DNA from: Octopus sinensis
Taxonomy: Eukaryota
DNA: 64,000 nt
Direction of reading: 5' to 3'
NCBI RefSeq assembly: GCF_006345805.1
Contig: NC_042997.1
Location: 159,092,001 to 159,156,000, forward strand
In this document: positions 26,375-36,799 of the stretch, piece by piece
Layout of the letters: every line of letters begins with the position of its first letter
Position numbering within the stretch: the stretch's first letter is position 1
Notes under the pieces: model-generated
Seen by the model: only the letters and a program-made list of their open reading frames with translations
Database searches by the model: none
What the model was told of the DNA's origin: nothing
Program-made: the position numbers and the translations under genes

Positions 26375-26620
26375 GAGAATTCACAAAAAAACAAAAGACA
26401 AAGACAGGTGGTGTAGACAATAAACAGATTTATTAGTATAACGCTCGGGAAGTGAAAAAGTCTTTAACGTTTCGAGCCTACGCCCTTCCACAGAAAGAAG
26501 CAAGAAGAGAAAATAAAGAATGTGTAGTGGCTAGCGATCTATCATGGCGAAGGCCGGACAGAAGGGTCACACAGGAGAGCTAGAGAGAAGGGGAGATAAC
26601 AAAATGGTGACGCACGCACG
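26375..26620. mobile_element. Dispersed non-coding repeat; partial inverted copy at 44440-44505
   Basis: GAATTCACAAAAA..CAGGTGGTGTAGACAA..TATTAGTA matches the reverse complement of 44440-44507. Confidence 0.6.
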
Positions 26621-26971
26621 CACACACACACACATACACATACACACACATACACACACACACAAACACACACATATACATATATGTATATACACAGACG
26701 CACACATTTATGAACTGTGTGCATATAGATGCAGAAATGCATACACGTATATAAATTGCACATATGTGTTTATCTTAACTTTGCCTTTCTTACGCTCTCT
26801 GTATATAAGTGGAGAAATTAATATATGACGTATCTTGGGAATTTTTAGGCCAGGCATGATCCGTCCCTTCCCAGGTTTGACCAGCTCCGATATCTTCCAG
26901 AAAGAAAAATGAACAGAAGATAGAGAGGAAAAGAACAAATGACCTCAGTATACGATCGGTACTGTATTCAT

Positions 26972-27207
26972 TAAGGCGGCGAGCTGGCAGAAACGTCAGC
27001 ACGCCGGGCGAAATGCTTAGCAGTATTTGGTTTGCCGCTATGTTCTGAGTTCAAATTCCACCGAAGTCGACTTTGCCTTTCATCCCTTCGAGGTCGATTA
27101 AATAAGTACCAGTTACGCACTGGGGTCGATATAATCGACTTAATCCGCTTGTCTGTCCTTGTTTGTCCTCTCTGTGTTTAGCCCCTTGTGGGTAGTAAAG
27201 AAATAGG
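26972..27207 (+). mobile_element. tRNA-derived SINE family B (Meta/MESC-like core); other copies ~13000-13150, 21686-21760 (-), 56040-56140, 56476-56690, 57411-57620
   Basis: AAGGCGGCGAGCTGGCAGAA...GAGTTCAAATTCC...GTCGACTTTGCCTTTCATCCC..GGTCGAT..AATAAGTACCAG. Confidence 0.85.
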
Positions 27208-28446
27208 TACTGTATTCATCGATCTCTAGATAAATTTAGTGTCAACTGGTCGCCGAACACACACAGACACACACACACATGTATTGTATGTGTCTGATAG
27301 ACACCCCACCCCACACACACACACATGTATGTGTGTGTGGGGGGGGGTCTATCAGACACATACAATATATATACATATATGTAATATTCGAGATAGTGAA
27401 CAAAAGTGACTGAAATGGGAATAGTGTAGTTGTACAATGCAAATAGATATTGTGTGGATTCGGTGATTGATAGAACTCGTAGATAATTGGAAAGAAAGCA
27501 CGATAGGGGACATGGTATCGTTATATTGAAATAGTTGCAGGATGATTTTATTGTTAGCATTATCCTACCGAGGATTTTGCGAGATAATGTTAACGGCGCG
27601 ACTATGTGTGCGTCGTGGAGAGATAAAAAGAGATAATACGGAAAAGTTTGAGCGTGTGATTCGTAGAAAGATAGATTGTTCAAAAGATAAAACAGATTTG
27701 GGAAATAGAGAAGGAATGAGGGTGTATGTGTGTGTGTGAGAGAGAGAGAGTGAGTGTGAAAGTGTGTGAGAGAAAGAGAGAGAAAGAGGGGGAGATAGAG
27801 AGAGAGTTAAGATGACACGTAGAATTATCGATATAGAAATGGATAAATAGATATTTTGAGAAAGTAAGTGGGTGGAATGAGAAAGGAATAAAGACGGGAA
27901 TTCATAACAAAATCCTGCACAAGTCGAATACTGAAGACTAAAGCAAGAATAAAATATATTTAACTCATATAAATGACACGTCTTGCGGTCTTGTCATATT
28001 CATCTGAATTTAATGCACTTCATACTTGTCTATTTTCGTTAACTAAGACGTACTAAAAACACTAACATAATATCTTGCTGTCTGTATGTTTTACACACAC
28101 GCAGATACACACACACGCACACCTACTCGTATATTATATATACACTCTCACTCTCACACACATATATATACATACACACACAAAGAGAGAGGAGAGAGAG
28201 AGGGAAAAAGAGAGAGAGAAAGGTACTGCGGCCTAGTGGTTAGACTGTGGTTGTGGGATCGATTCATCGACAAAGTGATATGGAATAAAGCAAGGTCCTG
28301 TATTTCACGTTGCTCCACATAACTCAATTAAAGTGAGTACCTGCCAAGTCGAGTATAAGTGCAGCGATCTAATCATCCTGCTGCCACACCCTGGACTGTA
28401 GCTGGATCAAAAGTGAGTTTATTGAGATGTCTATATCTGGTCGTAA

Positions 28447-28479
<33 letters not shown>

Positions 28480-28483
<4 letters not shown>

Positions 28484-28990
28484 AAATTTAGAGGACTGAC
28501 CACTAAAAGTGGACAGCCTATATGCTAAACATAGACGCCAAATCGCCATTACCACGAAGAATGTGTTCTCAAGAAAAATCTCAGCTAAAAACCAAAATGT
28601 AAAAATAAGCAAGACAAATGAAAATATACGAAATAAAAAACGATTACCTATGTGCCAATGGTTTCACTTGTTAATATTTACGTATATGGACACACAAACA
28701 TCTGCAAAATCATCAGCATAGTCTGTCGTTTACAAAATACAATTTCCAGAACTAGATACAGAACGCTCAATCGAAATCCAGCAGGTATAAAGTTCTACAA
28801 ATTATATTTAAATGTATCTTTCAAATGTCTTCACTTTGGCGCGCTGAAATCGGAAACTACTCTGCAGTTGATAAACTACAGCAGTCAATTTACCAGTAAT
28901 TTTTAATCTTCAGATTTAAAAAAAAAATATGCTAAGCCACTGGTTTTAATTGATTAATATCAATTTCTACCCTTATTTAATTTTAAATAT
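28480..28990 (-). mobile_element. (TA)n-flanked non-coding HHR element, related to 34406-34790
   Basis: Shares GACCACTA..GT.GACA.CC.TATGCTA and TGTTCTCAAGAAAAA with 34510-34620; contains a hammerhead. Confidence 0.7.
28648..28721 (-). ncRNA. Type I hammerhead with U16.1->C substitution
   Basis: Minus strand: ctatg CTGATGA t ttg...caag t GAAA CCATTGG CA catag. Confidence 0.7.
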
Positions 28991-28993
28991 ATA

Positions 28994-29787
28994 TAGGAAA
29001 ATGTGTTGCTGAAAATGCACCTAATTTCAAAAACTCGTAAATGTGACGTTAGCAACTGGTGTTTGTACAAACACCAGTTGCTGACGTCACCTAAATCCAA
29101 ACCAATCAAAACCGAACTTCAGCAAATAGAACGAAATTACCCTTTAAGAGAACCAACCAGCCGGAACGACTTATGACCGTCTCTACAGAGAAACCAACCA
29201 GAACGACAATCTTGACCACCGGAAAAAAACGTCACCAGTATTTTAACGAATCAAAAGTCAGATCCGCTCGCGGAAAAAAATTATAAATACATCTGATCCC
29301 AAAACATACCACTAGAAGCGAAAGCGTCAACGGAATGAGGATGAGAGAAGCTGTAAACCAAATTCCTTTTTTTACTATTTTCACTTCTCCTTTATTTTTT
29401 TCAGTATGACTTGTCGACCACCTTTGTACATTCAAACAAATTGATATGCAGTTTTAATATTATTGACTGCTATGAACATTCAAACTTGCACCTGTCCTCC
29501 TAATTCATAATGCTAAATTTATCTGTTTTGAACATGTTAATTTGTCAACATTGAAACATTTTTATTTGCCAACATTGAAACTTTTAAAGATGTTTTTTTC
29601 TAATTCATAATTTTAAACATTTACCATTGATAAACAAAGATGTTTTTATAATTCATAACTTTAAACTTTTACCATTGATAAACAAAAAATACTGTTAAAA
29701 CTAGTTTGGTATATATGTAAATAAATGTATTTTAAGCATTTACGAGTTTTTGAAATCTAGGTGCATTTTCAACAACACATTTTCCTA
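28994..29787. mobile_element. Non-autonomous TIR DNA transposon (~800 bp), superfamily unassigned
   Basis: ~50-bp TIRs: TAGGAAAATGTGTTGCTGAAAATGCACCTA-ATTTCAAAAACTCGTAAATG (28994-29043) and its reverse complement (29737-29787). Confidence 0.85.
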
Positions 29788-29922
29788 TATTTTTTCTTGC
29801 GTGGAAACACCCCTCACGCATTTCTTTTTTTTTTTTTCATATTCGTTTTCCACATACTTGTTAACATCCCCCAGGCTTGTTAATTTTTTCTTTGTTCCCG
29901 GGTGAGGATCTTTATATTGACC

Positions 29923-29988
<66 letters not shown>

Positions 29989-30013
29989 TTAATATAGTTG
30001 TGGTATATATATA

Positions 30014-30059
<46 letters not shown>

Positions 30060-30069
30060 GGTATATATA

Positions 30070-30472
30070 TCTAATACAGGATAAAATTTTTCGAAAAAAA
30101 TTCTATCAATGGCCAGCATATTAAAAAAATACATTTAAAGGTTAAATTTATAAACAAGGGCAAAAGAAAAAATTTCTAATGCCGAAAATAGACACATCGT
30201 CAATAACCATATAATTCATCACTATAAGCACGCGTCTCGAAGAAAGCCGACAGAAATTTCTAAAAAATTCCATTATTATCATATCGGACCCGATTTCAGA
30301 GTTAACTCATAAGAACCTTCTCATCGTCAGTGATAAGTGCGGCAAAGAAATAAATGAAATACTTACCTATAACCCATGGAAGAATAAATGATGAATTATA
30401 TGGTTATTGACGATGTGTCTATTTTCGGCATATTTGGCGTTAGAAATTTTTTTCCTTTGCCCTTGCTTATAT
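30070..30472 (-). mobile_element. (TA)n-flanked HHR element with ~80-bp inverted duplication
   Basis: 30148-30221 is the reverse complement of 30389-30471; a hammerhead lies between them. Confidence 0.8.
30276..30336 (-). ncRNA. Type I hammerhead ribozyme, intact core
   Basis: Minus strand: ttatca CTGACGA t gag...ctc t GAAA TCGG-gt-CCGA TA| tgataa. Stem I is 6 bp and stem III is 5 bp. Confidence 0.85.
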
Positions 30473-31151
30473 GTTGTTTATATAGGTATATATATATATA
30501 TATACCACAAAAATAAAGAATGAACAGGTGAAACACGGAGTTAGACCGTTTCATAGGAAAGTGATATTTGTTACATAAGTTGTAACATACAGAAAAACAC
30601 CTTAGCTAATCTTCAGGTCCTGTTACTTCACTGTTGTTACATTGTCGTGTGAAGATGAGTAAATGAATTCTCACAGTGGTCGCGTAGCTGACAGGTCGCA
30701 AATTCTGTCTCACTTTTTTCTATCCTTTGGGATGTCTTCTAAGGGTTACCCACTATTCTTGTCTTTTAGGCCCAAAGGCTATATTTTGCTCGTTTCTTAT
30801 TTATTTCATCTTTGTCCATCGTCCTAAATCACATTTATTCACTTTCTTATGTCTACTCTGTATTGTTTTGTTTGCTTTCGGCCCTATATTCCCCGCAAAT
30901 TTTTGCGAGCACCGCCTGCAGTTCTCAGTCTGTGAAGTTCCCAGTCTTATCATTAATGGTACGAAACTGAGGATTATCATTTGGTTGATAACTGATGAAG
31001 AATCAAGAACCTTCTGCGTCTGTCTCCCGTCCGGTTGTACACTTAGTATACATTATGTCGTTTGCTTATTTACCATACACTTTTTCATTTATTAAGTAAC
31101 GAATGCAACGCACACCGTATTGCATGTGTGTGTGTATATATGAATGTATGT

Positions 31152-31334
31152 ACCAGTAAAGTTAATCGCCACATCAAAGTGGCTGTTCCATGTTACTACA
31201 AGCGTAACCCCAGGCAGATCTTCCGCCAGCTGGTTATCGGTGCAGCCTGCACCCTGTGCATATATATTGCTAGTAGAGGAGCAATAGTTGTAACATGGAA
31301 CAGCTACATTGATGTGGCAATTAACTTTACTGGT
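31152..31334. mobile_element. MITE (~180 bp)
   Basis: ~45-bp TIRs ACCAGTAAAGTTAATCGCCACATCAAAGTGGCTGTTCCATGTTAC / GTAACATGGAACAGCTACATTGATGTGGCAATTAACTTTACTGGT. Confidence 0.8.
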
Positions 31335-31684
31335 TAGTATAGTTACTACACTGATCTCTTCTTGAGATTTTACAACTAGCTCCTTTGCTTGTTGCAAATC
31401 TGTGACAAATATATATATTACTGGCTGGTCAATATATATTACTGTGACCAAAGAACCCCGATGTTGGTGTGTTTATGTCCCCGTAACTTAGCGGTTCGAT
31501 AAAAGAGAACGATAGAATAAGTACTAGGTTTACAAAGAATAAGTACTGGGGTCGATTTGTTCGACTAAAAGTGGTGCTCTAGCATGGCCGCAGTCAAATA
31601 GCCGAAACATATAAAAGAATAAAAGAATATTACAATTTTTCTTTTGTTAAAATACCATAATAAAAAAAACGTGAAAACCAGATT

Positions 31685-31720
<36 letters not shown>

Positions 31721-31727
<7 letters not shown>

Positions 31728-32341
31728 TTCTAGGTTTTTCATTTTTCAGATGTTCTTCCTAGAGGTAAGACAATTTTTTTCATGTTTGTTGCACACACGC
31801 ATCTTTACTAGTACATACGCAGTGAAGCTATGCATTAGCGTCGTATTTATTACGTTCGCTATTTTCCAGTAAATATCGGTGCTTCGTTGTGCCATTTATT
31901 TACTTTTATATGTATAATTTTACCCTCACGGGCTATCCTTTACTGGAAAGCAATACTCTCGTATTGCATTACTATTTTCATTGAAACTTCTTCACTGTTC
32001 TCGTTCTGTTAACGTTTTGGCGTTCAGACGAGTGTACTGGCATAGATGTGGCAACATTTGAAATATTATCGAGGTATATGCAGCTGATGAAGATAAATCA
32101 AATATACGTTGGCAAACGTATTTTGAAGAATCTGAAACCGGTACTGCATTATCCGTTTCTAGGTTTTTCATTTTTCAGATGTTCTTCCTAGAGGTAAGAC
32201 AATTTGTTCATGTTTGTTGCACACACGCATCTTTACTAGTACATACGCAATGAAGCTATACATTAGCGTCGTATTTATTACGTTCGCTATTTTCCAGTAA
32301 ATATCGGTGCTTCGTTGTGCCATTTATTTACTTTTATATGT
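31721..32341 (+). mobile_element. Retrozyme-like 1.5-mer: 429-bp monomer plus ~190-bp repeat, inserted in (TA)n
   Basis: 31721-31913 recurs almost identically at 32150-32341; a hammerhead ends immediately before the junction. Confidence 0.85.
32078..32149 (+). ncRNA. Type I hammerhead ribozyme, intact core
   Basis: atgcag CTGATGA aga...(tcaaa-atacgtt / aacgtat-tttga hairpin)...tct GAAA CCGG TA| ctgcat; predicted cut after 32143. Confidence 0.9.
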
Positions 32342-33803
32342 ATATATATACCCCCAAAATAAGGAATGAACGGGTAAAACACGAAGTTAGACCGTTTCAT
32401 GGGAAAGTGATGTTTGTTATATAAGTTGTAACATACAGAAAAACAGCTTAGCTAATCTTCAGGTACTGTTACTTCACTGTTGTTACATTGGCGTGTGGAG
32501 ATAAGTAAATGAATTATTAAACTACTCACAGCACGAAGCCAAAACGTATTTTGATCGGACTAATGATTATGGATTAAATGTTTATCCACTCTCAGACATA
32601 TCTTTGAGTTCTTTATTGTAAGTGGATGGATATAACTTCTTTGAACTTATCACAACTTGGAATATGTATGTGGTGGTGATGGGGGGGGCGATAACGGGGA
32701 GAGAAAGAGAGAGAATGAGAAACAGTAAAAGGACTTTAAAACAAAAATGCACTTTTGAAACAGCGCGCCAATTAACTGGCGTAACGTGCCTATGATTCTA
32801 GTTCTGTATGTAGATGGCCTTGTTCTTTAGGTTAAGTAGAATCTCATCATGTCACGTCAGATAGTCACTGAGCTACATGCGATAGGACGAGCGTCAATCT
32901 GTCGCAAGTTCAACAATCAAGTGTTTGGAAGACAAACGTTGATGCAGAAGCCTTTGGTATATATACATAAGTGTGCGAATGCGTAAGATAAAAGTTTATA
33001 TTCGGGTTATTTTTTTAAAGTTTGAGAATAAAAATAGAACATTTACTGATTTACTGGTGGTGAAAATCACTACTGAGGGTAGATTCAGATTTAATGAAAA
33101 TTTTGTTTTGACGGGGATTTTCGTTCCACCCGATGAGAAAGATCGCCTAAACCGTCAAGCGAAACTTAATGTCGAATCAACATGAAATTTACAACATGCA
33201 CACTCATACATATGATATGTATTATATCTATACACAGAGAGAGAAAGAAAGCTAGAGAGAGAAAGATTCAGAGAGAGAGGGTGAAAGAAATATAGAGTCA
33301 GAGAGAGGAGGCGAGAGATTCAGATTTTTCTTTAAATTCAAGGATTATTTCTGAAATTTTCTGACCTTTAATACTCTTTATCAATGCAAACACTTGGAGA
33401 CTTCATCGTGAATGTAATCTAATGAGTTGAAAAATAGAGCTTGTAGTTATAAATGAAAAGTGAACGCATTTTGTATACATGCATTCAATTTTGACACACA
33501 CACACATGTAATTTGTGTACATACATGCATTTTGTACGCATGAGTTCATTTCATACACATTCGTCTATTTGTGGGTGCGGTACACATCTGTTCTTTCTAA
33601 ATGTGTGCAGCAGAGAAGTAAAATGCAACTGTAAGTGCAGCTGTGCATTTGCTTTACATATCTTGTAAAGCTTGTTTATATGTCTTAATGTTTATTTGTG
33701 TGAACGTATTTATTTATCGTTATGTACATATTTTTGCATGTATGTTTGTATCTATATATATTTATGTACATATATATGTATATGTATGTACGTGTGTGAG
33801 TAT

Positions 33804-33841
<38 letters not shown>

Positions 33842-33924
33842 TATATATATATATATTATATATATATATATATATATGTTCATATATTTACAAATATGTA
33901 AGAATACACACACTCACACGCACG

Positions 33925-33955
<31 letters not shown>

Positions 33956-34009
33956 GTGTGTGTATGTATATATGCATGTATATATATATAGAGAGAGAGA
34001 GACTCACGG

Positions 34010-34375
34010 GTGCGTGTGTGGTAAGAGCCTTCCTTCCCAGTCACATGGTTCCGAGTTCAGTCCTACTGTGTGGCACCTTGGGCAAGTGTCTTCTGCTATA
34101 GCCTCGGGCAACGAAAGCCTTATGAATGGATTTGGTAAACAGAAACTATTGTGTGTGTGCGCGTGTGTGTGTGTGTGCGTGCGTGTGTGTGTTGGTATCT
34201 ACTGTTGGTGTGTTTACGTCTCTGTAACTTATCGGCTCGTCAAAGTGACCGCTAGAATAAGTACCAGGTTTTAAAATAATAGGTATTGTGATCGATTCGT
34301 TCGACAAAATTTCTTCAAGGCGGTACTCCAGTATGGCCACAGTCTATCGTCTTAAACAAGTAAAAGACAAAAGAT
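34010..34375 (+). mobile_element. SINE family A; further partial copies at 31462-31625, 42880-42960, 43100-43215, 44548-44710, 49675-49750, 61600-61800
   Basis: Family match over head, GGCACCTTGGGCAAGTGTCTTC core, (GT)n linker and tail. Confidence 0.85.
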
Positions 34376-34376
34376 G

Positions 34377-34405
<29 letters not shown>

Positions 34406-34407
<2 letters not shown>

Positions 34408-34790
34408 TCAAATTTAAAATGAGGGTAAGAAACTGGATATTAATTTAATTAACACCAGTGGTCTAGCATATTAAAATCTGAAAGTTCAGTAAGTTGTATT
34501 ATATACATATGAGAGGGATGACCACTATGTAGACAACCCTTATGCTAGAATTAGATCCGCTATGGTCTTACCACTAGGAAATGTTCTCAAGAAAAAAAAA
34601 TTAGCAAACACCAGAACGTAAGCGAGCGAGACAAATGAAAAGTAACAAATACAGATTATTCATATACATGTTTCACTATTAACAGATTACGTAATATTAC
34701 TTACGCAATTGTCCGTAGATCTTCAGTCTGACCGTCCATGCAAATATAATTTACAGAGCTGCCGATGCCTATGAGCCTCTAAAAACATAT
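34406..34790 (-). mobile_element. (TA)n-flanked HHR element related to 28480-28990
   Basis: Body similarity, and 34408-34483 is the reverse complement of 28905-28987. Confidence 0.7.
34660..34731 (-). ncRNA. Type I hammerhead, intact core, one stem I mismatch
   Basis: Minus strand: tcaga CTGAAGA t cta...tag t GAAA CATG TA| tatga. Confidence 0.78.
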
Positions 34791-34908
34791 ATATTTCAAG
34801 TGAAAATAGAAATGTTACATTTCTATATCTCTCAGAGAGATTTATACAGTAGCAGCACGATAAAGTGATGACATGTTGTCACCTTAATGTGACAGTCCCA
34901 GACTTCAC

Positions 34909-34952
34909 TCCAGACTGATGATGAGCAAATGACTCTGAAACTAGTCTCTGGA
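34909..34952 (+). ncRNA. Minimal 44-nt type I hammerhead, intact, within a ~320-bp TA-flanked unit (~34795-35115)
   Basis: tccaga CTGATGA t gag-caaatga-ctc t GAAA CTAG TC| tctgga; predicted cut after 34946. Confidence 0.92.
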
Positions 34953-35302
34953 TGCTGATTTCGCTGGGTGGAGGTGCTTATCTCGCTTTTGAAAACATAA
35001 GGACACAGAAAATGTGTCATGGCCAGTTGGAAACGGTACTTCCTGGAGCTAAATAGCAGTAGCATTCTTTCCTTTCATAGGACTGTCACAATAAGTTGAC
35101 AACATGCCATCAGTTATATATATATACACCGTTCACACCTTTCTTATGGGTTCGAATATGCTTAAGGCACATTCGAACCCGTATATACTGAAGAGATGAT
35201 AACCACTCAGAAATGCACTTCGAATATGCCTCACGTCTATTTTACTTGGTAACAAGTTTGTATTTATATACATCACTGCTTAGCGCTATCATCACGTGTG
35301 TG

Positions 35303-35372
<70 letters not shown>

Positions 35373-35400
35373 ATAAGATTAGCTCGTATACGAGTGGGTA

Positions 35401-36201
35401 TATATTTGTAAAAAATGAAGTTCGAAAATGCTGCTATATTAGACAAATTTTTAATTTTTATATATACATTATTTATTTAACATGTTTCGGTTCTTGAAAT
35501 GATGAACCTTATCAAAAAATTATATATAAAAAAGATAGTTCATGCTATCAAATATAAAAAATTCATATATAATATACAATAGAGTCAGACATCAAAAGTT
35601 CATATATAGTGAAGTGAGTTCATGCTATATGTTTAAAGAGTATGATGTAGTAGTTCATAGTGGTGATATGCATTCAATATAAAAAATAGTTCATAGTGGT
35701 GATATGCATTCAATATAAAAAATTGATGTTCTTGAAAAAGCGAGGAATTCATTTTAGATTTTACCTTGAGCAACTGTGATGACTTTTGGTCGGTGTCCGC
35801 TCGGACAGTTCTGGCGAACCTTGTGAATTGTTTGGGTTTTATATCACCTGTTAGGTGGCCAGTCCAGCGGAACGAGACGTCATCAACGTTTTGACCAATC
35901 GTTTCGTTAGGTGGCTAGTCAAGCAGAACGCATATCACCACTATGAACTACTACATCATACTCTTTAAACATATAGCATGAACTCACTTCACTATATATG
36001 AACTTTTGATGTCTGACTCTATTGTATATTATATATGAATTTTTTATATTTGATAGCATGAACTATCTTTTTTATATATAATTTTTTTGATAAGGTTCAT
36101 CATTTCAAGAACCAAAACATGTTAAATAAATAATGTATATATAAAAATTAAAAATTTGTCTAATATAGCAGCATTTTCGAACTTCATTTTTTACAAATAT
36201 A
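35401..36201. mobile_element. Foldback element: ~270-bp near-perfect inverted arms, each with a degenerate hammerhead
   Basis: 35401-35671 is the reverse complement of 35930-36201. The left arm has TTGATAA ggttc..gaacc GAAA CATG TT at 35476-35519 (-); the right arm copy at 36083-36126 (+) reads AAAA for GAAA. Confidence 0.88.
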
Positions 36202-36208
36202 TATATAT

Positions 36209-36240
<32 letters not shown>

Positions 36241-36799
36241 TCTGGTATATGTATGCGAGCGCTTTGTGTGTGCGTGCATGTGTGTGTGTGGTAAAGCTGT
36301 GAGAGGTCATACCAGCACTGACCACTGGTCACAGCGTTCATTTAAGCAGAAACAGCTACATCCTAAAGAATGCAATTTCATAACTCTTCTTTATTATTAA
36401 ATTAATATTTATGTGCATGTGTGTGTGTGTATGTGTGTGTGTATGACTGTGTATGTGTGTGTGTACATATGTATGTGTGTGTGTGTGTGTGTGTGTAAGT
36501 GACAAAATGATAGTTTAAGCATTGCATAGACAGTCACCAAGTTGGACTTACAGAGATCAGAATCTTAAACTCACACTTCTAGGGTAAAGCAATCTAGAGA
36601 GAGAAAAAAAGTCAGCTTGGAGAACGAACGAAATTGTGTGTGTATGGAAGTAGAAAGACAAACAAAAACGATAACAGTAGTAAGGAATGCATTTGTATAA
36701 GTTGCTATACAATTTACGTGATGTAATTAACTCATTCAACAATCGCTCTGATACAAAGAAAGTACTTTTGATCATTATCCTAGAACATTTGAAGTCGTT

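Larger units (their letters stand above)
30502..32515. repeat. Direct repeat pair 30502-30669 and 32349-32515
   Basis: Both read AAAATAA.GAATGAAC.GGT.AAACACG.AGTTAGACCGTTTCAT...CTTAGCTAATCTTCAGGT...AGTAAATGAATT, each after (TA)n. Confidence 0.85.

Noticed and set aside
26460-26500. HHR-like CTGTGGA..CTC GAAACG TTA on the minus strand (a similar motif lies at 57320-57345)
   Set aside because: The core box does not fit CUGANGA and the stems are weak.
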